From Desulfomonilia bacterium (GTDB lineage: Bacteria; Desulfobacterota; Desulfomonilia; UBA1062), in the NCBI GenBank assembly GCA_049975365.1, contig JBNGDS010000006.1, forward strand, positions 3,199 through 57,026: 53,828 bases of DNA, given 5' to 3'. This document shows, piece after piece, positions 10,302 to 20,614 of the stretch (the stretch's first letter is position 1; every line of letters begins with the position of its first letter). A program made the position numbers and the translations under genes. The notes beneath the pieces are model-generated. The model made no database searches and was not told where the DNA came from. It worked only from the letters and a program-made list of their open reading frames with translations.

Positions 10302-10409
10302 ATGAAAAAGATACTTGGTGTCCTGGTAGGCGTTGTAGCCCTCATCACCGCAGTACTTGTCCTGGTCCACTTGAGCTGTCTCGGATACCTCGATCGAGAG
10401 AATCCATGA
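10302..10409 (+). CDS. putative 35-aa single-TM small protein
   Basis: MKKILGVLVGVVALITAVLVLVHLSCLGYLDRENP; GGGGGT RBS 5 nt upstream; basic N-terminus plus hydrophobic helix. Confidence 0.55.
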   Translation: MKKILGVLVGVVALITAVLVLVHLSCLGYLDRENP

Positions 10410-10655
10410 TGCCATGCATGCACGGGAAGCACCGGTTCCGGAAAGGCACGTCATAACGCCCTGAGGACAGGCATACTGCAGTATGCGGGTGGTGCTGCGG
10501 TATACAGCTCACGTGCACACCTCCCTCCTTTCGAGCCTGATGAAGTCGTATGTCGCAGTGTTCTCATGCATACGGAAGAACTCCAGTTTTCTCAAAAAAA
10601 TGCCGTTTATATACAGGAAGACGAAGAGTGACAGCATATACCGGGAGATGGAGTA

Positions 10656-13600
10656 ATGGCCGAAGAGATGCAGATCGAAACACGGGCTGCCAGATTGAAA
10701 GAGCTGGAAGAAGAATTGCGGCAGACGAACGAAGCTCACAGGAAGATCGAGGAGGAGCTTCGAACGGAGAAAGAACGCTACAGGAGTATCCTGGAGAACA
10801 TTGAAGAGGCGTATTTCGAGGTAGATCTCAAGGGGACGCTCACGTTCTTCAATCTCGCTGCCACGAGGTATATGGAGTACACCCAGGAAGAGCTTCTGGG
10901 TATGAACTTCAGGGATTTTATGGATGCTGAAAATGCAAAGAATGTGTACCAGACGTTCCACAGCGTCTATCTCACCGGTGAGCCCACCAAGGCGTTCGAC
11001 TGGGAGCTTGTCACGAAACACGGGGAGAAGATGTTTGTCGAGGCCTCTGTTGCCCTTCTGAAAAACGAGGATGGCACTCCCGTTGGTTTCAAGGGCGTGG
11101 TTCGCGATGTCACCGAGCGGAAAAGATCGGAAGAGGCTCTCCGCAGGAGCGAGGAAAAGTATCGTGGCATCCTGAAGAACATGGAGGAAGCCTACCTCGA
11201 GCTTGATCTTAGCGGGGACTTTACATTCTTCAATGATGCTGCCTGCAGAATCCTGGGGTATGACCGGGACGAGATGATGGGAATGAATTACCGGGCATAC
11301 ACTTCCCCAGAGACTGCTGACCGCCTGTACGAGGTTTTCCACAGAGTGTTCGAAACCGGGAACTCGGAGTTTCTTGTTGATTATGAGGTCATCTGTAAAG
11401 ACGGTACGGTGAAGATCAATGAGATGACCGCAGGCCTCCTGAGGGATGCGAGGGGAAGAGGCATCGGATTCCGGGGCGTTGCGCGGGATATCACGGAGCG
11501 AAGAAAGACTGACCGGGCCCTGAGGGAGAGCGAGAAACGGTATCGAATGCTCGCAGAAAACGTGCACGATGTGATCTGGACCATGGACCTCGACCTCAGA
11601 TTTACCTTTGTCAGTCCGTCCATTGAACGCTTTGCCGGGTATCGGCCAGGTGAGATGGTGGGGAACTCACTGGGAGACTTCCTGACCAGTTCTTCCTACC
11701 GGATGTGTTCTGACATCCTGACCGAAGAACTTGCACAGGAGAAGATGGGAGAAGCCATCGATCCATTCAGATCACGTACGGCGGAACTGGAACTGATCGG
11801 CACGGATGGTGAAATCTTATCCATAGAGATGACAGCCACCTTCATCAGGGATGAAGACGGAAACCCTACGGAAATCCTCGGGATCGCTCGGGACATAACC
11901 GAGTGGGTACAGGCCCGGGAAGAGATCAGGAAGACGAATCAGAGATTGTCCACCCTGATTCAGGCCATTCCCGATATTGTCTATTTCAAGGATGCCCAGG
12001 GAAGAAATCTCACGGTAAACAAGGCGTATGAAGTCCTGGCAGGGGTAGCCCAACGGGATGTCATCGGGAAGACAGACCATGATGTTCTCCCCGCAGAACT
12101 TGCCCGGCAGTGTGCGATGAGCGACACAGAGGTCAAAGAGGCTCGTGCTGCATTGAGATTCGAAGAAGAAATGGTATCACGTGATGGGAAGCACCTGTTC
12201 TTTGATACTATCAAGGCACCCATTTTTGATGATCGTGGGCGCTTCATGGGACTTGTCGGAGTGAGCCGGGACATCACAGAACGGAAGCAGGCGGAGGATG
12301 CACTGCGTGACAGTGAACTGAGATACAGACTGCTGGCGGAGAATGCACGAGACGTCATCTGGGTCCTCAACCCAGACCTCACATACCGCTACGTCAGCCC
12401 ATCTGTAAAGCATCTCAGGGGGTTCACTGCCGATGAGGCCATGAACCAGAATCTTCAGGACGTTCTCACCCCTGAGTCCTATGCTCACGCCATTGAGATT
12501 TTCTCCAGGGAGAAAGAACAAGAATTCGGGGAACACAAGCATGGGGCTGACTGGTCTCTGACCCTTGAACTTGAAATGGTCTGCAAGGACGAATCAACGG
12601 TGTGGACCGAAGTCACAGTGAACATCCTCTACGATCAGGGTGGAGAGCCAGTTGGGCTCTTGGGGATTACCCGCGATATCAGTGAGCGGAGGCAGGCTCA
12701 GGATGCGCTCAGGAACAGTGAATACAGGTACCGGACTATCTTTGAAAGCACGGCCACTGCAAACATCATTGTGGCGGAAGACGCCACGATCCTGCTCGCA
12801 AATTCCAATTTCGAAAAGCTCTGCGGATACACCAAGGAGGAACTCGAAGGAAAGATGCCCTGGACAACCCTTGTGGTGGAAGAAGATCTCGAGAGAATGA
12901 AACGATACCACACGATGCGCAGGACCGAGCCTGGCACGGTTCCAGACACCTATGAGTTCCGCGCCAGGATGCGTGACAATCAGGTGCGTGATCTGTTCAT
13001 GAGCGTCGCTGTAATCCCGGACACAAGTGAGAGCGTGGCATCCATCGTGGACATCACGGAACGGAAAAAGGCCGAGGAGGCCTTGAGACAGAGTGAAGAA
13101 CGATTCAGAGATCTTGCTGAGCTGCTGCCGGAGACAGTGTATGAGACCGATGAGAAGGGGTACTTCACGTTCGTGAACCAGGCAGCATTTGAACGGTTCA
13201 GGTATACCAGCGAGGATTTCCACCGTGGTCTCACTGTATTCGATACGATTGTGGAAAAAGATCATCCTCGCGCCGTAGAGAATGTTCGGAGGATCATGAA
13301 TGGGGAGCGGATCGGGCTCAACGAGTACACCGCCATCAGGAAGGATGGTACGACGTTTCCGGCCTTGATTCACTCTACGGTGATTGTTCGGAACGGGAAA
13401 CCTGCAGGTTTGAGGGGATTTCTCATTGACATTTCTGAAAAGAAGAATCTGGAAAATCAGCTGATCCGCGCTCAGAAGCTCGAGGCCATCGGAACCCTTG
13501 CAGGAGGGATTGCCCATGATTTCAACAACCTGCTCATGGGCGTGCTGGGAAATGTCTCCCTCATGCAGATGGAAGAATCCATGGGAGAGCCAACACGGGA

Positions 13601-14645
13601 CAGGCTGAAGAACATCGAGCAGTATGTGCAGCGTGGATCAGAACTGACACGGCAGCTTCTGGGATTTGCACGGGGTGGAAAGTACGAAGTGAAGACAACT
13701 GACATCGCCGAGTTCATCCGGCAGAGTTCGGAGATGTTCGGACGAACAAAGAAAGAGGTTCGCATACACAACAAATTCGCTCATGACCTGTGGTCTGTGG
13801 ATGTAGACCAGGGACAGATGGAGCAGGTACTCCTGAATCTGTACGTGAATGCCTGGCAGGCCATGCCCAGAGGAGGCGATCTCTATCTGAGTGCCGAGAA
13901 CGTAGAACTCGGTGAGGTAGTCGTGGAGCCGCATGGGCTTTGTGCAGGAGAATTCGTGAAAATTTCAGTTACAGACACCGGGGTCGGGATGGATGAGTCC
14001 ATCCGGGAGAGGGTATTCGAGCCCTTCTTCACCACAAAAGAGCGGGGGCGTGGTACCGGCCTCGGTCTGGCTTCGGCATATGGAATCGTCAAGAACCATG
14101 GCGGATTCATCAACGTGGAAAGCGAACTTGGAGTAGGGTCCACGTTCATCGTCTACCTTCCTGCATCAGATAAGCAGGTTGAACTGGACACAGTCGTGCG
14201 GGAGGAGATGAGGCACGGGAACGAGACCATACTGATCATCGACGACGAAGAGATGATCATCGAGGTAGGCTCCGAGATGCTCTCATCCCTTGGGTATTTA
14301 GTGCTCACCGCCAGGGGTGGGCGCGAGGGAATCGATGTCTATCGTGAGAAGAAAGACGAGATCGATCTGGTGATTCTGGACATGATCATGCCCGATCTCG
14401 GGGGAAAAGACACCTTTGATCAGCTCAAGGACGTTGACGGATCAGTGAACGTGCTGCTTTCGAGCGGATACAGTATGGATGGACAGGCAAAGGAAATCCT
14501 GAAGAACGGCTGTAGGGGATTCATCCAGAAGCCCTTCACCATCCAGGACATCGGCAGGAGAATCCGCGAGATTCTCGACGCTGAATACGAGGAAAAAGGG
14601 GATGGTCAACGTTCTGCTCGATCGGACCTCCCCGTGGTCTCTTAG
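10656..14645 (+). CDS. cytoplasmic multi-PAS (7x) hybrid sensor histidine kinase with C-terminal receiver
   Basis: Repeated PAS units ending DITERK-like, H-box AHDFNNLL, N-box QVLLNLYVNA, DTGVG, FFTTK, GTGLGL, receiver IDD..LDMIMP..QKP; no TM helix. Confidence 0.95.
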   Translation: MAEEMQIETRAARLKELEEELRQTNEAHRKIEEELRTEKERYRSILENIEEAYFEVDLKGTLTFFNLAATRYMEYTQEELLGMNFRDFMDAENAKNVYQTFHSVYLTGEPTKAFDWELVTKHGEKMFVEASVALLKNEDGTPVGFKGVVRDVTERKRSEEALRRSEEKYRGILKNMEEAYLELDLSGDFTFFNDAACRILGYDRDEMMGMNYRAYTSPETADRLYEVFHRVFETGNSEFLVDYEVICKDGTVKINEMTAGLLRDARGRGIGFRGVARDITERRKTDRALRESEKRYRMLAENVHDVIWTMDLDLRFTFVSPSIERFAGYRPGEMVGNSLGDFLTSSSYRMCSDILTEELAQEKMGEAIDPFRSRTAELELIGTDGEILSIEMTATFIRDEDGNPTEILGIARDITEWVQAREEIRKTNQRLSTLIQAIPDIVYFKDAQGRNLTVNKAYEVLAGVAQRDVIGKTDHDVLPAELARQCAMSDTEVKEARAALRFEEEMVSRDGKHLFFDTIKAPIFDDRGRFMGLVGVSRDITERKQAEDALRDSELRYRLLAENARDVIWVLNPDLTYRYVSPSVKHLRGFTADEAMNQNLQDVLTPESYAHAIEIFSREKEQEFGEHKHGADWSLTLELEMVCKDESTVWTEVTVNILYDQGGEPVGLLGITRDISERRQAQDALRNSEYRYRTIFESTATANIIVAEDATILLANSNFEKLCGYTKEELEGKMPWTTLVVEEDLERMKRYHTMRRTEPGTVPDTYEFRARMRDNQVRDLFMSVAVIPDTSESVASIVDITERKKAEEALRQSEERFRDLAELLPETVYETDEKGYFTFVNQAAFERFRYTSEDFHRGLTVFDTIVEKDHPRAVENVRRIMNGERIGLNEYTAIRKDGTTFPALIHSTVIVRNGKPAGLRGFLIDISEKKNLENQLIRAQKLEAIGTLAGGIAHDFNNLLMGVLGNVSLMQMEESMGEPTRDRLKNIEQYVQRGSELTRQLLGFARGGKYEVKTTDIAEFIRQSSEMFGRTKKEVRIHNKFAHDLWSVDVDQGQMEQVLLNLYVNAWQAMPRGGDLYLSAENVELGEVVVEPHGLCAGEFVKISVTDTGVGMDESIRERVFEPFFTTKERGRGTGLGLASAYGIVKNHGGFINVESELGVGSTFIVYLPASDKQVELDTVVREEMRHGNETILIIDDEEMIIEVGSEMLSSLGYLVLTARGGREGIDVYREKKDEIDLVILDMIMPDLGGKDTFDQLKDVDGSVNVLLSSGYSMDGQAKEILKNGCRGFIQKPFTIQDIGRRIREILDAEYEEKGDGQRSARSDLPVVS

Positions 14646-14671
14646 GGGCACCCTTCGAAATCTCTTTTTTC

Positions 14672-16510
14672 TCAATCTTCGTACATGGACTCGATCAGGT
14701 CCTTGTATTGTTCGTGGATGGACTTGCGTTTCACTTTCATGGTGGGTGTGACCTCGCCGTCCTCGGTGTACAACTTTTTGTCCAGGAGCCTGAACTTTCT
14801 GATATTCTCGACGCGGGCGAGCTGCTTGTTGACCTTGTTGACTTCCTCTTGGATGAGATCGACCACCTCTTGGGTTTTTGTCAGGCTCGCGAAGGTTGTG
14901 TACTGCACCTTCTTGTCCTGGGCATACTTGACCACGTTCTCCTCGTCGATCACGATAATGGCCGTAATATATTTCCTCCGGTCGCCGATGACCACGGCAT
15001 CGTTGATGTACGGCGAGAATTTCAGCATGTTCTCGATATACTGAGGCGCCACGTTCTTTCCGCCGGCAGTGACGATGAGGTCTTTTTTCCGGTCAGTGAT
15101 CTTGAGGTACCCTTCCTCATCGATCTCGCCGACATCACCGGTATGCAGCCACCCGTCTATCAGAATATCTCTGGTTTGCGCCTCTTCCTTGTAGTAGCCC
15201 TTGAATACCCCTCCATGACGGATGAGGATCTCACCGTCTTCGGCGATCTTTACCTCGGATCCCGGCAGACACTTGCCCACGGTTCCCAGTTTGAAATTGA
15301 TCTCGTCAGAGATGTGGGTGATGCCGGTCGTTTCCGTGAGGCCATATCCCTCGCGGATGGGTATCCCGATGGACTGGAAAAATTTGAGGACATCGTGAGA
15401 GATGGGTGCCGCGCCTGAGAAACCGAGCCGCACCCGGTCAAACCCCAGACGCTCCTTGAGCTTCCAGAAAACACTGAAGTAGGCAAGCCGATATGCCAGT
15501 GCCAGGCCCAGGGGCACGTTCTTCTTGGACAGGACATAGTCATTGTAGCGGCTGCCCACTGTGAAAGCAATGGAGTATACCGTCCGTTTGAACCAGGTGG
15601 CATCCATCATCTTGAGCACGATTCCTGAATGATACTTTTCCCAGATCCTCGGCACGGAATGGAAGAGCGTTGGAGAGACATCCTTCAGGTCATTCATGAC
15701 CGTGTCCGTGTTCTCTGTGAAATTGACGATGTGTCCAACCCTCAGGTGCATCATGAGGTCGAAGATCTGTTCATACACGTGGTTCAGCGGCAGAAACGAG
15801 ATGGTTTCATCCTGTACCGAGGTGCGCGTAATCTTCTGGGTCTGCCGGGCTATCCACTGGTAGTTCCTGTGGGCGATCATGGCTCCTTTGGGGGGGCCTG
15901 TCGTACCCGAGGTATAGATGATGGAAGCAGTGTCGTCATTTTTCCCTTCATCCACGAGGCTGTCGTAGAGCTCAGGCTGCTGGGCTTCTGTCTTCCTGCC
16001 GAGTTCCAGGAGATCGTCGAAGCTCATGAGCATGTCATCCTTGTAGTGCCTCAGCCCCTCCATGTCCCACACAACGATTTTCTTGAGAGAAGGGGTCCTT
16101 GAACGGAATTCCAGGGCCTTGTCACACTGTTCCTCATCCTCGCAGATGTACACAACCGATTCCGAGTGCCCCACCACATATTCACATTCGGCAACAGGAT
16201 TGGTGGTGTAGATGCCCACGAAGATGGCCCCCAGGGACATGGTGCCCACGGCTGAAAAGAGCCATTCAGGCTTGTTCTCTCCAATGATTGCGACATGGTC
16301 GCCCTTCCTCACCCCGAGGGAGTGAAGCCCCAGGGCTACGTGTCGCACATTCTCGAAATACTTCTTCCAGCTGATGTCGTGCCAGATGCCGTAGTCCTTT
16401 TTGCGAAGGGCAACCCGGTCTGGTTGCAGGGATGCAATCACCCGCAGTGCCTGCGGCAAGGTATTCGTCTGATCCGTTGCGTTCTCAATGGCTTCCGTGA
16501 TCTGCTGCAT
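14672..16510 (-). CDS. long-chain fatty acid--CoA ligase (AMP-forming)
   Basis: YTSGTTGPPKG, GYGLTET, WLHTGD, DRKKDLIVTAGGKN, TPTMKVKR. Confidence 0.93.
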   Translation of the reverse strand: MQQITEAIENATDQTNTLPQALRVIASLQPDRVALRKKDYGIWHDISWKKYFENVRHVALGLHSLGVRKGDHVAIIGENKPEWLFSAVGTMSLGAIFVGIYTTNPVAECEYVVGHSESVVYICEDEEQCDKALEFRSRTPSLKKIVVWDMEGLRHYKDDMLMSFDDLLELGRKTEAQQPELYDSLVDEGKNDDTASIIYTSGTTGPPKGAMIAHRNYQWIARQTQKITRTSVQDETISFLPLNHVYEQIFDLMMHLRVGHIVNFTENTDTVMNDLKDVSPTLFHSVPRIWEKYHSGIVLKMMDATWFKRTVYSIAFTVGSRYNDYVLSKKNVPLGLALAYRLAYFSVFWKLKERLGFDRVRLGFSGAAPISHDVLKFFQSIGIPIREGYGLTETTGITHISDEINFKLGTVGKCLPGSEVKIAEDGEILIRHGGVFKGYYKEEAQTRDILIDGWLHTGDVGEIDEEGYLKITDRKKDLIVTAGGKNVAPQYIENMLKFSPYINDAVVIGDRRKYITAIIVIDEENVVKYAQDKKVQYTTFASLTKTQEVVDLIQEEVNKVNKQLARVENIRKFRLLDKKLYTEDGEVTPTMKVKRKSIHEQYKDLIESMYED

Positions 16511-16526
16511 AATCTGCTGCCTTTCT

Positions 16527-17300
16527 TTACCTGAACCGGACTTTTCGCCGGTAGCGCTTATACCCCTTGACCGATGCCTCGGTGGAGATACCGAGGTAGA
16601 ACTCCTTCACGTCCTCATCCTCCTGCAGGACTTCGGGCTTGTCTGCCCGCACGATCCTCCCGTTTTCCATGAGGAAGGCGTAGTTTGAATATTTCAGCGC
16701 CATGTTCACGTTCTGCTCCACCAGGAAGATGGTGACACCTTCAGCATTGATGCGCTGGATAATAGAAAATATTTCCTTTGTGAGCAGGGGAGAAAGGCCC
16801 AAGGATGGCTCATCGAGCATGAGGAGCTTGGGTCTGCTCATCAGTGCCCGGGCGATTGCCAGCATCTGCTGCTCGCCTCCGCTCAGATGGCCTGCCTCCT
16901 GATTTCTTCTCTGGCTGAGGATGGGAAATTGCCTGAACTGAGCCTCCATGTCATCCTTGATTCCCTTGGTGTCCTTGCGCGTGTACGCACCCATCAGGAT
17001 ATTCTCCATCACGGTGAGCTCGGGAAAGACTTCTCTTCCTTCGGGTACATAGCTGATGCCGAGACGCACGATTTCTTCCGTGTCAAGACGATCGATCCTT
17101 TTCCCCATGAATTCGACCGAGCCCTTTTCGGGCTGATCGTCATCCAGCAGACGCATGATGGTTTTCAGGGTGGTACTTTTCCCCGCACCGTTGCTGCCAA
17201 GCAGAGCAACAATGTCACCCTGCTTGATCTCAAGGGAGATCCCGTGCAGTGCCCGTATCAGGTCGTACCATGTCTCGCAGTTTTTGATCGAGAGCATCAC
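16527..17300 (-). CDS. livF: LivF-like ABC transporter ATP-binding protein
   Basis: GSNGAGKST, VPEGREVF, LSGGEQQM, LDEPSLGL, LVEQN. Confidence 0.92.
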   Translation of the reverse strand: MMLSIKNCETWYDLIRALHGISLEIKQGDIVALLGSNGAGKSTTLKTIMRLLDDDQPEKGSVEFMGKRIDRLDTEEIVRLGISYVPEGREVFPELTVMENILMGAYTRKDTKGIKDDMEAQFRQFPILSQRRNQEAGHLSGGEQQMLAIARALMSRPKLLMLDEPSLGLSPLLTKEIFSIIQRINAEGVTIFLVEQNVNMALKYSNYAFLMENGRIVRADKPEVLQEDEDVKEFYLGISTEASVKGYKRYRRKVRFR

Positions 17301-18073
17301 GCATCCTCCTCACCAAGATAGGCGGCTATCACATCCGGGTGCTTCTGTACCTCCTGGGGAGTACCCTCGACAATCTCGATGCCCTGATTGATGGCAAGGA
17401 TCCGGTCTGAGATACCCATCACCATATTCATGTCATGCTCTATGAGGAGGATAGTGACCTTGTAGTCCTCCTGGATGTCCTTGATCCAGATTCTCAGGTC
17501 GTCCTTTTCCTCGGTATTCATACCTGCAGAGGGTTCGTCCAGAAGAAGGACCTTGGGCTCCAGGGCGAGAGCCCGTGCGAGCTCAACGAGCTTCCGCTTT
17601 CCATACGGCAGGTTGGACACGAACTGGTCCCGCACGGACTGAAGATCGAGGAAGTCGATGATATGTTCGACGCGCTCCCGGTGCTCCACCTCCTCCTTTG
17701 CACATCGTGACCCTTTGCCCCACATGAATGCCCCGCTCAGCACCCCTGTTTTCATGTGGATATGCCTGCCGAGCATGATATTGTCCATCACGGTTGCATT
17801 GGCAAAAAGCTGGATGTTCTGAAAGGTGCGCGCAATCCCTTTCCGTGCTATCTTGTCCGGAAAGAGCCCGGTGAGAGTCTCTCCGTCAAGGATCACATGC
17901 CCTGAATCAGGCTTGTAGATACCGCTGATCATGTTGAAGATGGTGGTTTTCCCGCTCCCGTTGGGCCCGATGATGGAAAAGATGGAATTCTTCTGAACCT
18001 CGAATGTCGCTCTGTCAACCGCCCGGATACCACCGAAGCTGATGCTCAGATTGTCAACCTTGAAGTGAACCAT
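17297..18073 (-). CDS. livG: LivG-like ABC transporter ATP-binding protein
   Basis: GPNGSGKTT, ARTFQN, LPYG, LDEP, IEHDM, C-terminal AYLG. Confidence 0.92.
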   Translation of the reverse strand: MVHFKVDNLSISFGGIRAVDRATFEVQKNSIFSIIGPNGSGKTTIFNMISGIYKPDSGHVILDGETLTGLFPDKIARKGIARTFQNIQLFANATVMDNIMLGRHIHMKTGVLSGAFMWGKGSRCAKEEVEHRERVEHIIDFLDLQSVRDQFVSNLPYGKRKLVELARALALEPKVLLLDEPSAGMNTEEKDDLRIWIKDIQEDYKVTILLIEHDMNMVMGISDRILAINQGIEIVEGTPQEVQKHPDVIAAYLGEEDA

Positions 18074-18144
18074 CGTATGCGCTCCTCATACTCTCTGCTG
18101 CTCGTTCTGTCCTTTTCTCAGGGCTGGCACTTCCTGATGCGAAA

Positions 18145-19350
18145 TCAGTAATTTTTCCATGTTGCCAGATCGTTCGCAGTCCAATCCTTGATCAGGATGT
18201 ATGAGCCGCCGGGACCGCATTTCTGGATCTGCACAGAGTCGGTTCCCTGGTGGCAGTTCTCTGTCCAGGTTATCGGGGCCCCGAGCCCCTTCCAATTCCT
18301 GAACGAGTTCAATTCCTTCATAACCGCTTCAGTGGTGAGATCAGGACCGACACGCCTGAGGGCTTCCACCAGTGGTTCGGCAAACTGGATGCCGGCTATG
18401 TAGAAGCTTGACCATCGCTCTTCCGGGGCGAGCTTTTTTGCTGCCTCGCGATACTTCACCATGAGGGGATCCTGTGAATCCGGGGGAGGCACGAACGCCC
18501 CGGTTATTACCCCTTCGTACAAGCCCCCGGTAATGTGGTGCATCAGGGCAAGATCAGACAGGCCTGAATTGGCGATCCACTGGGGCTTGAAATCGACGCT
18601 TTCACTCGTTTTCAGTGCTATGACACATAGGGTCGGGCTCACCCACATGAGAACTGCCTCTGCACCTGAATTCTTCAATCTCAGCATCTGAGATGCAAGA
18701 TCCTTCTCTGTCGGTTCCACCGGGATTTCCAGAACACACTTCATCTTGTAGGAGACAAGCCGCTGTGTCATTCCTTCCAGACCGACTTTTCCGAACACGT
18801 CGTTCTGGTACAGGATGGCTATTTTCTTGTAACCGAGTTCTTCAACCGCATATTTGGTCAGGACACTCGCTTCGTCCTGGAAGCGGGGATAGGAACAGAA
18901 GCGATAGGGATCGGGTTTTCCGTTCACCCTGTCATCCACTGTATTCAGCGACGAGGTTCCGGGAACGACCCACAGGATCTTGTTGCTCGAGATGAATTCT
19001 TTGACCGCCTGGCCACCTGCACCCGACACCCCACCGGTGAAGGCGAAGATCCCATACCGTTCCACAACCTCTTTCACCGCTGCCTGGGCAAGGGCAGGGT
19101 TGTACTGATCGTCCCGCAGGAAATACTTGATCTTTCTGCCGTGGATTCCTCCCTCTTCGTTCACCATGTCGAAGAGGAGACCGGCTCCCCTGGCAACCGC
19201 CCCCCAGGGGGCTGCAGGACCCGTCTGGGGACCAAATTGTGCGATTCTGATCTCCTTGTCATCAAATCCTTTCTCTGCTGCTGAACATGCCAAGGACAAG
19301 ACAAGGGTGATGCCAACAATCATACACACCGAGAAGACATATCTTTTCAT
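18145..19350 (-). CDS. ABC transporter substrate-binding protein (LIV/type I periplasmic fold), paralog 1
   Basis: Signal peptide; PQTGPAAPWG, NEEGGIHGRKI, DDQYNP, YQND. Confidence 0.92.
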   Translation of the reverse strand: MKRYVFSVCMIVGITLVLSLACSAAEKGFDDKEIRIAQFGPQTGPAAPWGAVARGAGLLFDMVNEEGGIHGRKIKYFLRDDQYNPALAQAAVKEVVERYGIFAFTGGVSGAGGQAVKEFISSNKILWVVPGTSSLNTVDDRVNGKPDPYRFCSYPRFQDEASVLTKYAVEELGYKKIAILYQNDVFGKVGLEGMTQRLVSYKMKCVLEIPVEPTEKDLASQMLRLKNSGAEAVLMWVSPTLCVIALKTSESVDFKPQWIANSGLSDLALMHHITGGLYEGVITGAFVPPPDSQDPLMVKYREAAKKLAPEERWSSFYIAGIQFAEPLVEALRRVGPDLTTEAVMKELNSFRNWKGLGAPITWTENCHQGTDSVQIQKCGPGGSYILIKDWTANDLATWKNY

Positions 19351-19380
19351 CTTTTACCCCCTACGTATTCCTGAAAATGC

Positions 19381-19409
19381 CGGGGCCTGAACGTATATTT
19401 CAGGCCCCG
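19381..19409. repeat. intercistronic 11-bp perfect inverted repeat (stem-loop)
   Basis: CGGGGCCTGAA-cgtatat-TTCAGGCCCCG between SBP paralogs 2 and 1; no U-tract. Confidence 0.7.
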
Positions 19410-19419
19410 ACGGTTCTTC

Positions 19420-20598
19420 CTATTTCCATGTAGCAAGATCGTTCGATGTCCAGTCCTGGAGCGTGATGTAACTGGAATTCGGGCCGCACTGCTGGATCAT
19501 GACGGAGTCAGTTCCCTGGTGGATCTCGGGTGTCCACGTCACGGGTGGCCCTATGGTCTGGTGGTTTGTCAGGGAATTGAGCTCCTTGAGGGCCGCCTCG
19601 GTGCTCAGGTTCGGCCCAACACGCTGGAGAGCCTCCACTATCGGGTCGGCGAACAGGATGCCTGCAAGGTAAAAGGTACCCCAGCGCTCCTCAGGGGATA
19701 ACCGTTTCGCGGCATCACGGTATTTGTTCAGAAGCGAGTGGTCAGTGTCAGGCGGAAGGCCGAAGGCCCCGGTGATGACCCCTTCCCAGAGCCCGCCCGT
19801 GATGGTGTTCATGAGCGGGTAGTCCGAAAGCGTATCCGATGAAATCCACTGGGGCTTGTAGTCGATGGTTGCAGCTGTCTTCAGTGCGATGGCGGCAACC
19901 GTGGGGTTGACGAACATGATGACCACTTCCGCGCCGGATTCCTTGAACCTGAGCATCTGTGATGAGAGGTCTTTGTCGCCGGGTTCCACGGGGATTTCGG
20001 CTATAAGGCTCATGTTGTAGGTGGCGAGCCGTTTCTTGGCTCCTGAAAGTCCATCCTTGCCGTACTGATCGTTCTGGTAAAAGAATCCGATCTTCTTGGC
20101 CTTGAGTTTCTCTACGACAAACTTGGTGAGGATACACGATTCGTCCTCATACAGAGGATAAACCGCAAAGAGATAGGGGTTTGTCGGGAACACGAATTCC
20201 CTGATAGCAGCAGACGGGCCTACCCAGATGATCTTGTTCTGCTTCAGGTAATCCATTACCGCCAGTCCGCATGCGCCTCCCACGCCGCCCACGAAGGCGA
20301 AGACCCCTCTGCGTTCAACGAGGTCCTTCACAACGGCGACTGTCTGTGCGGGATTGTACTGATCATCCCGAAGGAAATACTTGATCTTTCTGCCGTGGAT
20401 GCCCCCTTCCTCGTTCACCACATCGAACAGGAGACCGCTTCCCCGGGCAACTGCACCCCACGGCGCGGCTGGTCCTGTCTGGGGACCCCACTGTCCGATC
20501 CTGATCTCATTGTCGTCAAAACCCTTCTCGGCTGCTGAACACGGCAGTGCCATGCATAGACACATAATCATGAACCCTGCACAAAGGAACCTGTTCAT
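19420..20598 (-). CDS. ABC transporter substrate-binding protein, paralog 2
   Basis: Start reassigned to MNRFLCAG (RBS GAGGTG); same motifs as paralog 1, ends NDLATWK. Confidence 0.92.
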   Translation of the reverse strand: MNRFLCAGFMIMCLCMALPCSAAEKGFDDNEIRIGQWGPQTGPAAPWGAVARGSGLLFDVVNEEGGIHGRKIKYFLRDDQYNPAQTVAVVKDLVERRGVFAFVGGVGGACGLAVMDYLKQNKIIWVGPSAAIREFVFPTNPYLFAVYPLYEDESCILTKFVVEKLKAKKIGFFYQNDQYGKDGLSGAKKRLATYNMSLIAEIPVEPGDKDLSSQMLRFKESGAEVVIMFVNPTVAAIALKTAATIDYKPQWISSDTLSDYPLMNTITGGLWEGVITGAFGLPPDTDHSLLNKYRDAAKRLSPEERWGTFYLAGILFADPIVEALQRVGPNLSTEAALKELNSLTNHQTIGPPVTWTPEIHQGTDSVMIQQCGPNSSYITLQDWTSNDLATWK

Positions 20599-20614
20599 CA
20601 CCTCACCCTCCTTC

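Noticed and set aside
10537-10580. CTGATGA followed by a CGTATG/CATACG stem (hammerhead or fluoride riboswitch-like)
   Set aside because: No GAAA and stem III, and no 5' GGnGAUGG element
10509-13517. Long antisense ORFs (352 aa and 307 aa) under the kinase, and similar shadows elsewhere
   Set aside because: Expected shadow frames of GC-rich coding genes; no motifs
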